A DNA stretch of 64,000 nt from Felis catus. Its lineage: Eukaryota. The translations under genes were made by a program, and so were the position numbers. This document shows, piece by piece, positions 38,521 to 51,976 of the stretch. The DNA is taken from the NCBI RefSeq assembly GCF_018350175.1, contig NC_058368.1, positions 129,148,001 through 129,212,000 on the forward strand, in the 5' to 3' direction. The number at the start of each line of letters is the position of its first letter. Position 1 is the stretch's first letter. A model generated the notes under the pieces. It was given only the letters and a program-made list of their open reading frames with translations. It ran no database searches and was not told where the DNA came from.

Positions 38521-39699
38521 TTCTCCAGTACCTGCCGCAACACTTTGGAAACCATTTTGGAATGTTTGAAGTGTAAGAACTCAGGCATGCACACTGTTTT
38601 AAATAAGTCAGTAAATTAAATCCAAAGATTAATAGCTGACCCAAGAGCTGCTATGCTCTGCATACAATAGGATCTCAGTAGGAATTTTCATAATGGTTGA
38701 TTAGGAAGCATATTTCAGAATGTTTCACTTGGACTCAGAGCTGGAGATAGAAGATGGTGGAAAAAGGGAAAGAGCAGAATCTCCTCATTTTCCTGGGAAA
38801 ATGGAGCTGCTTCTGACTTTAGCTCCTCCCGGTGATAACCCCTGGGCTGAGAGAAGAACAGAGGAGCCATTTTAAGGTGGTTTGGCAAAAGCCCCTGAGA
38901 AAAATCTAAAAGGATCTGTCCTAAAAGTTCCTTCCAGTGCAAGTCCCCTGTAGGTTTCTACATGTGCTCATAGTGACATGTACCGTGGAAATAGAGTGAC
39001 CAGTTGGAGTGCCAAGGCATTTGCTGCCCTGCTCTGAAGGTTTTGGCAACACGTGCCACACCGTCTTGCCTGTACCTGCTGGTACACGTGCTGGGTGTAC
39101 CTCATCACCCGGCAGGCCACACATCCTCCATTCTGGAGTAGTGGTTAATTTGTCACACCCAGGGAGCCAGTGGCTAAAATAGGAGTTTCCTCTGCCCCAC
39201 ATGACCAGGTCTGCTCTCCTCCTGCCTTCCCTCTCCCCCATCTGCCCAGGGGGATCAGGACAGAGCCAGGAGGAGCACATTTCTGTGCTCCCAAAGGCTA
39301 CACTACCAGCTGTCTTTTGAAAGCTGGATTGCGTTTGCTTCATTAAAATAATGAAATTCCAGACGATGGTATTAGAGAGGCCAAGATGCTGCATCCAGAG
39401 AGAGGAAAGAGGATGCTCAGACAATAGGAGCCCCATGATAAGGATGAGGGAAGGAGAGCTTCGGGACTCATGACACGGGAGCCAGGTTAGAAGGGAGGAG
39501 TTAAATCTCTTTATGAGAATTGACATTCTTGTTTGCCCACCCTCTTCGTGAGATCCCGAAAACAGTGGCTTGTAAACCAGAGTGTCTTTAAATAAAGCAG
39601 CATCTTAGCCTTCATTGCAATTGTGTTGTGCAGTTTTTCTCTGAGGAAATAGGTGGAGAATAAGGAAAGAGAAGGAGAAAAAGGCTATGCGCAAACCAT

Positions 39700-39860
39700 A
39701 TGATTTAATCTTGACAATAATCCTATGAGGTAAGAAAACTCTATGAGGAAACTGAGGCTCAGAGAAGTTATATGGCACCTGGTATCACACAGCCAGTGAG
39801 GAGTAGTTCAGCATTTGGTCCCTGGTCTGTCTGATGATAAATCCCACAAGCTCTTCACTA
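39700..39860 (-). mobile_element. MIR
   Basis: tttaatcttgacaataatcctatgagg...gaggaaactgaggctcagagaagtta. Confidence 0.8.
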
Positions 39861-41544
39861 GACTGCCTTTCAGGGTCCCCATCGAGCCAACTTTTTAGGA
39901 AACCCCTAAACTTAGAAGTCCCCTAGCCCAGCCAGGTGAGAAGTCTCTAAGCGACACGTCGGGCAGAGGGATGGTCCAGAAGTGCCCTTTGTCCCTCAGA
40001 GTAAAACCACCAGGCTGGCAGCCCCCTCAGGAGCAAACATGTTATACTGACTAAAACGGCTGCAGAGTTCAGCTCAAGTCACTTTCCTAGTTCCATCTGG
40101 AAGCTCTTCAGAGGCATAATTTCATTCCAGCCAAATGTAATTAAGAATTTGATTTGATTAAAAAACAAATCGAAGGAGAGAAATGAGGTTTCTCCTCATT
40201 CCCTCCCTTTCTTCACAAATAGGGCACTCATTAACAAGGCATGTGCACATGATCAGTGCCCAGTTCAAGGGAGGGACGCCCTCTTGCCCCTTGGCCACGC
40301 TTCCAAAGGAACTGGAGAGGGGGTGGGGGCGGGGGGGGAGGGGCGCATTTCCCACCAGAGACCAGAGAACTCAGCAAATGAAAGCTAAGGATTTAAAACA
40401 TTCTAATTTGGCTTCAAGATACTAGCAAAACACAGCAGCTGCACCCCCTCTGCGGGAACGAGATGTCCGCTTAATTAAAGCATGGCCAGGCGGCGGGCAT
40501 CTCCCGGGGAGAGAGATGCAGCGATACTGGGTACCAATCAAACTAGACCTGCTGCCAAGAGAAACCGTGGTCAGCGGGGATCACCAGCTTGCCTCTCCAG
40601 GAAGATGGGGCTCCAAAGCCGATTCGGGTAAAAAAGAAGAGGAGACAAGTAGGGTGAGAGGAAGGGATTTGTGATACTGCATTACTGGCCGTGACCCAAA
40701 TAATCTGCCTCCGACCTACTCCAGCTTATCTCAGAGGCCCTAATGAGAATTGTGTGGTGAGCTTTTATAAAGGGCAATTCAAAATGAGCACAGGGAGGTC
40801 AAATGCTGTGGGGGCTGCTCCTGTCAGATTTCTGCCTAGCACACCCTCTCTCCTGCTCCCCTGTTTATAGGGATGCTGGGTTTTTTCCCCCCATTTTCTG
40901 AATCTGCCTCTTGTCCTCTCTTTAAAAAAGCCTCATGTGAGGTTTGCAACCTTGGAATCCTTCCAGGTGCCGAGATTGTCTCTTCCTGAGAGGAGCAGTT
41001 ATTAAAATGAAGACCTACTAACAGTGGGGTATGAAGTTTTCAGAAAACACCATCGTCTGCACGGTTGAATCACTTCAAATTAGCTAATACCCTGCTAATA
41101 TCCTTAAAAAGCCTACTTCTTAGGCCTAGAATCCTAAGGATGACCTTGTCTGTGGTGAGAAAGAGGGAGAAGTGAAGAAAAGCTTTCCTATGGCCCCCAT
41201 TGAGAATTATGGATGTCTGATTCAGTTAAAAGTAAATAAATTCCTCAGAGTGCAGAGCAGTCTGCTTCCGATATCAACCTGCAAAGCTTCAAGCAAAGTA
41301 CTTGATGGTGTCCCCATCATAATAAGGAATGGTATCATCAATAAAAAAAAAAAAATCTTTTTTTCAAAAAAAAAAGAAGCCTCGTGTGAGAGTATATGCA
41401 AACTGAGCTAAGCAGGAGCTGGTGACTATTTTCCAATGTTTCTATGTAGTCAAATTAAGTCAGAAGTTACTGAAAAGAAATGGAATGTACAAGGAAGTTC
41501 CAAAACTCCAATCTGTCATAGGATGGGACTCAAACATGGACCCT

Positions 41545-41965
41545 AGGGCTAACGTGGTTGCTGGAATCAGTGTAGAGGCTCACAATGGCATCATGGGATC
41601 AGGCTCTTTCTGTCTTTCCTCTAGAGTATTGCCTTTTGTCCTCACATTTGTTGATTCGTGGTTGCAGGAGGGCTGCTGTAGGTCCAAACATCACATCTAC
41701 ACTCCAGGTAGGAAGGAAGGTGGAAGAGGGGGCACTGGTTCCACCTATTTCATCGTATCAGAAAAGCAAAAACCTTCCCTGAAATCCCAGAAGACTCCTT
41801 ATATTTCATTGACAAAAACTGTCACGTGGTCATTCCTGGCTGTAGAGGAGACTGGAAAAGTGGGTATTTATCCAGGAAGCTTGTTGATCTGACCAAAATT
41901 GGAGTTCCATTTACAAGACAGATAGAAGGAATGGTCCTTGGGTAAGCAATGAACAGTGTCTCCTA
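41545..41965 (-). mobile_element. MaLR LTR (MLT1J/K-like)
   Basis: caggctctttctgtctttcctct...ccaaacatcacatc...gagactggaaaag...gggtaagcaatgaacagtgtct. Confidence 0.65.
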
Positions 41966-41984
41966 GAGGTGCTTAGACTACTGA

Positions 41985-42600
41985 GTGGTAAGGGAGAATA
42001 GAAACTGCTGTAGGTATATCATACAGAAAGAATTCAGTGCGGGATTTGGTTTTTCTACAAGAAATGTCAGAAGGGCCAAAGGAGAAAAAAGGAAAATGAG
42101 GTTTGGAGGAGTTATAGACATTAGGAGTTATGTGATGTCATTACCACCCCTAGGCTATAGCCGTGGAAAGACATATGATATTACCCCAAAGTCAGGGTTG
42201 CTGGACTCTGGACTACTGGTATACCTGCTGCTGCTGCCACATTGCAGGAAGCCAGAAACCTGTGCTCTCACTGATACTCTAGGAGCCTGGAAACCTGAGC
42301 ACCTCCACTGTGACAGTGCTGTTGCAGGGCCAGAGCCCTTGAGCACCGAGCCGCCAATCCTGTTCCCACCACTGCCCAGGAACCCAGGAGAGACCCCTTG
42401 CCTGCTTCCACTCCTGCACTGATGACACCATCAGAAGCAGAAAGAACAAAAAGATGGTCTTTCTCTTCTTCCCTGTTTCCGGTCTCCTGGCAGTGCCTGC
42501 TGTTGACAGAACCTAACTGGAAGCCAGTTGGTGTGGGAATCGACCTGGGAAATGCTGTTTGCAGGCTTCTAGCCCCATGTGATATAGAGAGGAGCACAGA
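41985..42600. mobile_element. Possible ancient LTR fragment (family uncertain)
   Basis: cagtgcctgctgttgacagaacctaactggaagccag...ctgggaaatgctgtttgcagg resembles old mammalian LTRs. Confidence 0.35.
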
Positions 42601-43668
42601 TGGCCGGAATGGCACGAGACAGATGATGACACCGACATCCCTCCCTGCAATAGTGTAAAGAGGTGGGGGTTGACGCCATCAGGTTTGTGAGGCAGCATGG
42701 GTGTGGGCTGTCCTCTGTCTGTACTGACTGGTTGAGGAAATGGGAGGGACCGGTGACCACAGTAACCCAACTTCAAATACTAATATAGTGGGAAATCCAG
42801 AAAGAATTCTGTTAATTATCTTTCCAGAGAACTACCTTCAAAATTAAAAGATTCCTTCACTTAGTTCCACTCAGGATGACCAGGAAATTACAGCACTTGA
42901 ATGGATTTTTTAAAAATGCCTGCCTTGAACATTGTTTCCTGTCTGATGTTGCTTGAGAGGATAGAGACAGCTAAGGACCTCTCTTGAAGATGTTTCAGGT
43001 CAAAGGATTTGTGCCAGTGAACAAACTCTGTTGAAAAATAGTCCCACAGGACTCTAGCATTGGGTTTGATAAGGCCATTGGAGAAAAAATTTGTAGCCAG
43101 CTGATTATGGTCATATTTCCACCCTCATGTCACTCGTGACCCTCTGTAGGGGTCTGTAGGGTTCTGTGGTTCACCATGATAGTGAATCCTTGGCCACAGG
43201 AGGATGAATATGCACAGATTCTGGCTGGAAAGACCTTAACTTCAGGGACAACTTAGAGCATCTAGTTCTGAGGGCACAGATGGACAGAGGAGTTTGTATC
43301 CGTGGAGCTGTATGTAGATATTGGGAAACCCAGGGTTTGAAATGTCAGCTGTGAGCAGGATGTAGGGATGAGAGTGTAGTCAGGAACCTCAGGTAAGCAA
43401 CCCCAAGGGTTCCTCTCTGTGATCTTGGCGTCTCTTAAAAGCTCACCTGGAAAATCTGAGAACCGGACACAGAGCCAAGGCAGAAGATTGCTGTGGGCTG
43501 GAACAAGGGCCCAGACTTGCTCTTTGAGAGAAGACAGGAAGGGCAATGCAAGAACTCACAATATTAATAATAACTCTTTACATTTGTGGAGTGATTTATG
43601 ATTTATAGTGTTTTTCTATAATCTTGACAGTTAATCTCACATGGTAATCACTTGCTTTGCAAGTTAGG

Positions 43669-44080
43669 TGTTTCAGTGGTCTATTACTGCATAACATACT
43701 TCCCCAAGTGTAATGCCTGTGCATCTGGAATGGCACATTCACATGCCTGGCAGTTGACGCTGACTGTTGGCCAAGAGCCCAGTGGGAGTGCTTGCCCAGA
43801 ACGTGTACAGGTGGGCTCTCCATGTGGCTTGGGCTGCTCAGAATCTGGTGGTAGGTCCTGAGAGAAAGCATTCCAAAAGCAAGTCACTCCAAGAGACCTC
43901 AGTGGAAGACCAGGATGCCATATGATTTAGCCTTGGCAGATAGAGTGTCACTGCCTTTGCATTCTCTTGGTCAAGGCAGTCATTGAGGATGGCTTGGATT
44001 TGAGGGGAGGGAAATCAGACTGTACCTCTCAGTGGGAGGAGTAGCAGAGAATGTGGGGCTATCTTTCATTTACTGCACTT
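43669..44080 (-). mobile_element. MaLR LTR (MLT1G/H-like) inserted in a MIR
   Basis: ctattactgcataacatacttcccca...ctctccatgtggcttgggct...gggaggagtagcagagaatgtgggg; MIR pieces on both sides. Confidence 0.75.
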
Positions 44081-44203
44081 CATATTATGAGCTTCATTTG
44101 GCAGTTTTTACACAAAATTAACTTGCTTGAAGTGCTCTAGTAAGTGCCAGAACTGAATTGCAACACAGGTTTGCTGACTCTAAATCTAGTATTCTTATAA
44201 AAA

Positions 44204-44205
<2 letters not shown>

Positions 44206-44242
<37 letters not shown>
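44206..44242. repeat. (TG)n microsatellite
   Basis: Seen directly. Confidence 0.95.
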
Positions 44243-44243
<1 letters not shown>

Positions 44244-45429
44244 TTAAGCCCATGCTCTGTGTACTGCATCTCATGACTTCATAGTCATTTGGAAAGTGTA
44301 GAAACCTCTAGGTGAGCTGGTCCCTTTCTTGGCTATTTTGTTGTTGTTGTTGTTGCGATGATTTCCCATGCTTCTTTTCCAGAGAGGTCCCTCCATAGAA
44401 ACTAGAGGGCCAGCCGTTCTGGGTCCCAGATGCAAATAGGGGGTAGCCCTTCCTGAAATCCTGAAAGTTTGGGTCAAGCCCTCCCAGGGTCCTGAGCCAG
44501 TTACCTGACTTGGCTCCTAGAGCCTGCTGCCCTAAATGTCAGACCTTGCAGTTCTGATATTAGACCTGCATCTAATCCTTAGAAGACTCTGCATCATACT
44601 GAGCAGCTGACAGAGACTCATAGATGGGGAGAGAGTTCCATCAAGGTCCATAGCTAAGTCAGAGATGAGACAAGGTCTGGGGTCTGATTCCAACAACACA
44701 AACCCACCCAGCTCCCCTTTTAAGGAACACAGTAGTGGGGCCTCTGAACCCCAGGTCCCCTTCTCCATTGCTATGCCTTCTTGGACACTGTCTTGCTAGC
44801 CACAGTCCCCCAGGTGGGAAGCAGTGGAGAACAGGCCAAGGGCATGAAGGATGGCAAGGGTTTCCAATGAGGGTAAATGGAAGCTTAATATTTACACCAA
44901 GTTTTGCTCTGTATTGTTGCCCTGACTCTGCAGATAACACTCATGCTTCTGTATTCAGGGACACTCCTCAAAGATCAATCGCTTTTCAAAGATCAATCCT
45001 CTGATACTCAGGTTTGCCACCTCTCACCCCTTACCTGTTTTATTTGTGTATGTGTGCATCTGAATCACTGTGAATATAATGTTGGTTGCCTTTGGAGGAT
45101 TTTTTTTTTTTTTTGCATTCAGTAGTTTTATGAGTATATTGTCTGTGCTTCAGCATTAAACCAGTTTACTAAATTGTTTCTGGAAAACAAAACCACAACT
45201 TTGGTTTGTTTCACAGTTCATTGAAACAACAAAAAAGTGGGGGGTGAATATTTAGTCTCTTTTTAGGTTGGCAGCCCAGCAAATTACAGAAGAACGGTTT
45301 GCTGTGGTTTTGGGTTTTCTCTTCGAGTCCCTAGTGGAGGCACAGATGTTGGAACAAAGTGGGAGGGGTCCCTGAATACGGAGGGGTGGGGGGGAAGTTT
45401 CTGAATGAGAAGAGGCAGGTGGCTTGGCT

Positions 45430-45588
45430 TGGGGGAGGGCAGAGGGAGAGAGACACAGAGACACAGAATCTGAAGCAGTCTCCAGGTCCCAAGCTGTCAG
45501 CACAGAGCCTGACACGGGGCTCGAACTCACAAGCCATGAGATCATGACCTGAAGCGGACGCTTAACTGACTGAGCCACCCAGATGCCC
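45430..45588 (-). mobile_element. Can-SINE lacking its tail, adjacent to a MER5-like end (~45590-45655)
   Basis: acacagaatctgaagcag...gagccacccagatgccc. Confidence 0.85.
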
Positions 45589-46156
45589 TTGGACATCAGG
45601 ATTTTTGAAAGCCCCTTAGGTGATTCTGAACTGTGGCCTAGTTTAAAGGCCCCTGGCTTCAGTGATCTATAAAAGTAGAGACAGTGTGAAAAGGCAAAAG
45701 AAATTAGCAGTAAAGGGATGAGGAAATTAGGATACTGGGGACATGTGGATAGAGGGGATGCAATACCTTTGGGTTTCATGTCTACGTGACAAACGTGAAC
45801 ATATTTCTCGAGAGGAGCGCTATAGTCCCCAGTCCAGAGATTAAAAAGAAACGTCTCTGGTGATCCATCTTAAACAGTGGCTTCTGTGCAGTTTAGCAAA
45901 GATCGTCAAGGATCGAAACACACCATCTTTAATTCTGAAAGCAAAGAATCTTCCCCAGGTGCTTAGCTGACAGAGTTTTTAAATCAGTTACACACACAGG
46001 ACCTATTCAGGATGCATATGGAGCCCAGCGTAGTTGCCCGTGTTCTATAAAGCTGGGAAAAAGCAGAGCTCCAGATGACGTTCTGGATTTGAGCAACTCC
46101 AATCTTCTTTATCAAATTCCCAGCTTGGAGCATCATGGCTCAAGCATCAAAGATGG

Positions 46157-46403
46157 AGTGTAGTGAGATGGTGAAGAGTTTAACTTCCTCGTTTTGGATT
46201 CTAGATCTGCCACTGACAAACTCTGTGACCCTGGCCACAGTACTTAACATCACTGGGTCTCAGTTCTCTCGTCTCTAAAATGGGTTTAACCATGGCAACT
46301 GCGATTATGACACTCTTAGGACGTGTAAGGGAGATAATCCATGTCAGTAACTTAGAATTCTGCCGGCCGTGTAGCAGATGTTCAAAAATGTTACCTATTA
46401 TTA
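46157..46403 (+). mobile_element. MIR, near full length
   Basis: ctgccactgacaaactctgtgaccctggcc...ctcagttctctcgtctctaaaatggg...ttacctattatta. Confidence 0.8.
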
Positions 46404-47088
46404 ATTCTGTCATCTCCCCTCACTGCTGAGGCAAACCTCAGGTTTGCCCCCACACAGAATTTTCTCAAAGCAGAGATAATTACAATGAAATTTAAATTTC
46501 ACACAGTCCTGGTGACCTCCCCTGGTTCATTCAGCCTGCCTGGGTGGCTTGGGCACTGGTTTACTTGGAAACCTTTGCAGACGGTCTAATGTGTGCAGCC
46601 CGGGCTGAGATGCAGTCTCGGCCCCTGATACCGCTGCACCTGCTTCCTCGCGGCTTCTCACAGCAGCCTTGTCTTCTCGCTTACCTGGGATCTGCTTCAA
46701 AATGGCTCTGATTCCAAATGATTGTCCTTTTCTTTTCATACTTACTGGTTTTTTATTCAGCATACACATAGAGTATCACTTCCATTTAATTGTTTTGATT
46801 TTGCTAGTTACCATTTTTTTTCCTGATTCTAAGAACCCATGTTCATTCTATTCCCCACCCAGAGATAAATAGTTCAGATATGACACCTTCACCCAGCCTT
46901 TTGCCTGAGTATTTGTGTGTGCATAAATGTTTTAAAATTGAAAAGTTAGTTTTGGAATCTGCTTCATTTGCTTAACTTTGTGTCATAAGCACAGTCTCCA
47001 GTGCGAGGGCTTTTGGGAAGTATAGGGATTTTTCCTCAATCATCGTTCTCACATACCTCTCTGTATTTTACCATTCTCTTACGCCAGC

Positions 47089-47785
47089 TGTGTTGGTTTT
47101 GGAGGCCCCTAGAATAAAATACCACAGACTAGGTGACTGAAGGCAACAGAGATCTATTTTCACACTTCTGGAGACTAGAAGTTTGAAATCAGAGTGTCGA
47201 CATGGATGGCTCCTTCTGGAGGCTCAGAGGGAGAATTTGTTCCTTGCTGCTCCCCTAGCTTCTAGAATTTGTCCCCAGTCTTTGGTGTTCTTTGGCTTGT
47301 AAATACATCTCTCTAATATCTGCCTCTATCTTCACATGATGTTCTGTGTCCCTGTGTATCTGTGACAAACTTCACTTTTCTTATGAAGATAACAGTCGTT
47401 GGATTAGAGCCCATCCTCATCCTGTAGCACCTCATCTTAATTTGACTCTCTGCAAAGACCCTATTTCTTTTTTCTCTTAACCTTTTTAACTTTTATTTAT
47501 TTCTGAGAGATAGAGAGACAGAGCATGAGCAGGAAGGGGCAGAGAGAGAGGGAGACACAGAATCTGAAGCAGGCTCCAGGCTCTGAGCTGTCAGCCCAGA
47601 GCCCAATGTGAGACTCGAACCCACGAACTATGAAATCATGACCTGAGTCGAAGTCAGACGCACAACCAATTGAGCCACCCGGGCACCCTGCGAAGACCCT
47701 ATTTCTAACTAAGGTCACATTCACAGGCAATGGGGGTTAGACTCGAAGATAACTGTTTTGGGAGACCTAATTCAGTAGAGCCCTT
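47089..47785 (-). mobile_element. MLT1C-like solo LTR interrupted by a SINE
   Basis: aataccacagactaggtgactgaagg...ttctggagactagaagtttgaaatc...aaggtcacattcacagg. Confidence 0.88.
47469..47688 (-). mobile_element. Can-SINE
   Basis: TSD tgc(a/g)aagaccctatttct at 47451-47468 and 47689-47706. Confidence 0.94.
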
Positions 47786-48339
47786 CAGCCACTGGTTACT
47801 TCCACCCACCAGTTTTAGAGACTTTTGAAAAAGATTTGACAATTCTTGCTACTTCTGTCTCCCATCCTGCTACGAGTTCAGGCAGGTGCTGAGAAAGCCA
47901 AGTCAAGGAGAAAAATGGAGCAAAGGGTCAATTTCTGTCGTGTGCGGGCATTTACTTTCCCGGGAGCAAGCTGGGCGCCTGCCCCAGGGAAGTCCGAGAA
48001 GGGCCAGCTGAGGTAGGCAGGGAAGCCACAGGTGGTGGGGGGAGCTGGGCTGCGGGCTCCCTGCAGCTGCTCGGCCAGGTGGCCAGGCAGCTGTTCTCCC
48101 TATCAGGGAGCTATGTGAGGCAGGGCCTGCCCGGCCTATCGCAGCCTCTCTGAGAGTTAGGGGTTGCCAAAATGCCTGGTCAGATCTGTCAATTCTGTTG
48201 AGCAACTGTTTTGTGGGTTGGAGGAGTGGGGTTGGGGGTGTGGAATCACTAAACTGGTTGTTTATAGTCACTGCTCAGTTTAGACAGGAATTGACCCAAG
48301 TGCACCCACAGTTACTGATTGGGCTGGCTTGGTCTGGTC

Positions 48340-48718
48340 CAGGGATCCGCTTACGACAGCCCGCAGGCCAAATCTGGCCTGCTGCCGGCTTTGTACAGGG
48401 AACTAAGAATGGTCTTTACAAACGAACATTTGCAATTGATTTGATGATGGGGAACGCTAACCTTGAACCCCAAGTAAGCAAAATGTGATCCCCTCCAGAA
48501 ATGAATATCATTCTTCTTGTTAGGAGACCTGTATGATAAAAAATGTCATATTCAGTTGTTATCATATTTCAGATTTTAACAATTAAAAATTTCTGGAAAT
48601 TTGTTTTCTGTCTTGTTACAGAAGTACCTTATATTCTAGGCTTCATTTTACCTCTAGGCCTGCAGAGTCTGAAATCTTTACCATCTGGCCCTTAACAGAA
48701 AAAGATTGCCAATCCTTG
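48340..48718. mobile_element. MER58-family hAT-Charlie element
   Basis: cagggatc...cagcccgcaggccaaatctggcc and tttaccatctggcccttaacagaaaaagattgccaatccttg termini. Confidence 0.8.
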
Positions 48719-48727
48719 GCCTAGTGA

Positions 48728-48908
48728 GGTAGTTTCAAACACCAGCAAACATCAGAAAAAAAAACTACAGGGCTTGTAAAAACACAGACTTCCGGGCCTT
48801 ACTCCTGGAGTTTTTGATTCAGTAAGTCTAGGGTAGGGCCCAATAATTTGCATTTCTAACAAGTTCCCAGATGCTGCTGGTCTGGGAGCCATGCTTTGAG
48901 AACCACAG
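48728..48908. mobile_element. MER5A
   Basis: gattcagtaagtctagggtagggcccaataatttgcatttctaacaagttcccag...tttgagaaccac. Confidence 0.85.
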
Positions 48909-48999
48909 GGCTGGCTAGTCGACAGTATTTTAACAAAGATTTATCTGGGAGGCAGCACCCTGTAACGCTCACAAGAAGGAGCGCTAGAACCACAGCTGG

Positions 49000-49400
49000 G
49001 TTGTTGCCCGATTCTGCCGCTAACTGTAATCTTGGGTATGATATTTGTGTGTCCTGAGCCTTCATTTCCTCATTTGTAAAATGGGGATAATGAAACTGCC
49101 TCTGTCATGAGGCTTGTGAAGGTTTAAAGGAAATCAAGCTTGGGAAGTTCTCAGCGCACACTAGCTACTTTTACAACCCCTGCCCTCAGACAACTCATAG
49201 TTTGGAACCTCGGGAATGACACTAACTGTAGCAAACAGTGTTGAGCGGTAAGGGAGGTAAACAGGAAGGTTAGAGGAGCAATCGGGGAGGACTTCCTGGA
49301 AGAAGTGAAGTATGAGCTAATCACATGAGAAGGATGGGAAGACAAATGGGACAGCTTATGGGGACCTGGAGATGAGAGTGAGACCGGGATGCTTTTTGGA
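49000..49400. mobile_element. MIR (+) fragment followed by L2 (-) fragment
   Basis: tttcctcatttgtaaaatggggataat; ggaggacttcctggaagaagtga. Confidence 0.6.
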
Positions 49401-50134
49401 CAGAGAGGAGCTCCGACCGCCCAGTGGGTGGAAGGAGGTGCCAGGTGGCAGAGGAGGCAGGGCCACTGTAGTGCCAACTCTGGGGGTCCGGTGAGAATCT
49501 CACAGTGCAGGTGCAGTGTGTGTGGGCAGGGACCTTGGAGTCCTACAGACTGCTCTTGGAATTCAGTTAAAACCTAGGAGCTTTGGGGAAGCTGAAACGT
49601 CCTGCCTATTTCTGAAACCCCAATGCTACTTCTTGGGGTTGCCCAGAAGGCGGGCCTCATCCTGTGTCTCTGTTCTGTTTACCCCACAAGCGTTCCTGTC
49701 ATTTGGTAAGAACTGCTGCCTGGCAGAGAAGCCTTGGGAAGCTCTGCTCTGTCTTCTAAGAAACAGGAAGTCATTATTTGCCCAAAGCAAACAAATTCAC
49801 AAACTGCAGGGTTCACTTTCAGTCCAAAGCTGCAGTCCCAGGAGGTGTGGGTTGAGGACGTGGGGACCCAAGCAAAGAATTCTTTCCCCTCCCCCGCTCC
49901 CCTGGCCAAATAAACAGCTGCCATAATTTCACAGCCATGACTTGCAGGAAGCCTGAGGTAAGTAACCCCCACGCGATGTATAGACGCTGAGCTGAGTTTT
50001 CTTCCCCAGACAGAATCCGTTCCCAAGTGGGTCTCTTCTTCCCATGACATCAGCAAAACCATTTCCATTATTCCTGGAATTGGAGGATGGTTAACCTTCC
50101 ACATGCCCTGTTTCTTTACCATGAGGGAAGAAGG

Positions 50135-50345
50135 GAGTGAGCATTTATTAGAAGCCCACAGTAGGCCTGTACTTGGCACCAGCCTCGCCTTGGCTCTTTC
50201 ATTTAACTCTTGCAACAGCCCTGTCAAATGGGCGCTGCTGTCTGCATTTTACAGATGCGGATAACCAAGGCTCTGAAAGGAGGGTCACTTCCCCAGGTCA
50301 CCGGGCAGAGCTGCCCTATGAATTCAAGTTTGGCCAATTCTCCAT
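50135..50345 (-). mobile_element. MIR
   Basis: catttaactcttgcaacagccctg...cattttacagatgcggataaccaaggctc. Confidence 0.7.
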
Positions 50346-50580
50346 GTGCTCCTCTGTTACTTTTAGAGTCCCTGCTAATGCCCTCTGTGCCGCCCCGACT
50401 TCTTTTAAAAAGTTGTGTCTCGAGCCTTCAAAAATGTGACTTCCAGCTTTTCTGCAGCACACACAGTTGATGAAATGAACAGGATGGCTCTGGCCTACTT
50501 ATGCGGGGCTTGCAGAACAGAACTGGGAGGGATTGTGGCACCCTGAAGCCGTCTCCAAATAGAAAAGACCCTACAGAGGA

Positions 50581-50843
50581 CACGAACCCTTAACCAACAT
50601 GGGTTGGAACTGCACAGGTCCACTTATATGCAGTTTTTTTCTATAAGTACAGTACCATACTATAACTTTATCTTTTTCTTCCTTATGATTTTCTTAACAT
50701 TTTCTTTTCTCTAGCTCAGTTTATCATAAGAATGCAGTACATAATACACGTAACATACAAAGCATGCGTTAATTGACTTTTTATGCTCTCAGTGAGTCTT
50801 CGGTTTCAGGGTAGTCAAAAGGTATACGTGGGGAGGTCAACTG
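50581..50843. mobile_element. Tigger2a/MER8-like DNA transposon relic
   Basis: gaactgcacaggtccacttatatgcag...acattttcttttctctagct...ggtcaactg terminus. Confidence 0.8.
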
Positions 50844-51014
50844 TCTTTACCACATTCAGGCTATGTGTGCCGTAGTGTGTGAGCAGGGCAGAGGAAGCCA
50901 CAGGCAGAGACGGGCGATGAAAAGACGTCTGTAATCTCCTGGCTGGGTGGAGAAGGCCTGTACCTGATCTGGGCTGGTATAACTGGGTTTGTTCAAAGTG
51001 CGATGTTCTGAACG

Positions 51015-51140
51015 ACATAGCACAGCGGCTTCTGGAGCCAGAGTGCTCGGGTCCAGATCTTGGTTTTACCACTTACTAGCTGTGTGCCCTTTCAGTTCCT
51101 CAGTTTCTTCATCTGTAAAATGGGGATAATAAAAATTATA
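51015..51140 (+). mobile_element. MIR
   Basis: ccacttactagctgtgtg...cctcagtttcttcatctgtaaaatggggataataa. Confidence 0.8.
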
Positions 51141-51976
51141 TTTCACAGGCAGCAAAGTGCTTACGGAAGTGCCCGGGACAGCTGGTCCTGGGACTCGAGA
51201 GTAGCTGGAATGCAGGAAGAGGGCAGCGTCCCCAGCCAGCTTGCGAGTGGGTAAGCCTTTCCCAAACCCATGCAGCTTCTCTGGCTCTGGGCCTCAAACC
51301 CATCTCAAGACCCAAGCAGATCAAGTGGGCATGAGCAGTGAGGCTGAATCTTTCCTTCTGACAGATGTTTGGACTATCATAGGGAAATCTCTTGGGCCAA
51401 ACCCTTGAAATATTTAAGGATGTGTGTTCCAACCAATGAATCACTGAATCATAGGCCTCAACGTTGTATCAGTTTCTTCATGCAGGCTTCAAGAAAAAAG
51501 CAACCAAGACTGAAACAAACAAAAAGACCGAAAGATCTTTGTACATGTCTTCTCAACCTTGATAACCAGGCCCTTCTGTGGCTGGCTTCCCCATCTTCTC
51601 TGTGCTTGCCTAGGAAGCCCCATGGCATGGGACACTGGAAGGGATCATTTGCACTGAGGGCTGCCTGGGGTCTGTGGCTATCCTCTGGTCTGGGAGAGCC
51701 TAGCCCTGGGAGGAGGCCCGGCACCTGTAGCTGTGCCTGGGACACTGAGGTAGCCTTTCTTTGAGACCTCTCTTTTCTACCTGTACCTAAAGAGTCCTTA
51801 GGTTAGAAAGATAATATTTGTAATCATATGACACACCGTGTCTTCATAATGTGCATTGCTGGCCAGTAGCACTAATCATAAGATTGCTGATGATGGGAAG
51901 TTTTGAGGCCTTACTATGTCCCAAGCATTGTGCTGAGCCTCTTAAAGTAAGACCCTAAGAGTGAGGTCTTCCTTTT

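Noticed and set aside
39050..39101. Two CACGTG E-boxes and a 7-bp inverted repeat
   Set aside because: Such short motifs are expected by chance in 64 kb.
38921..39526. 201-aa minus-strand ORF, the longest outside ZSWIM6
   Set aside because: No recognisable domain, composition typical of random translation, and no supporting exon structure.
40438..40457. CTCF-like motif on the minus strand (CCCGCAGAGGGGGTGC)
   Set aside because: Mismatches at key core positions; too weak to call.
44968..44998. Direct repeat TCAAAGATCAATC x2, with a TCF/LEF-like TTCAAAG in one copy
   Set aside because: Most simply a small slippage duplication; no other support for function.
49679..50227. 182-aa minus-strand ORF (likewise 45252-45779 and 56937-57446)
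   Set aside because: These overlap MIR/SINE or GC-rich noncoding DNA and show no coding signature.
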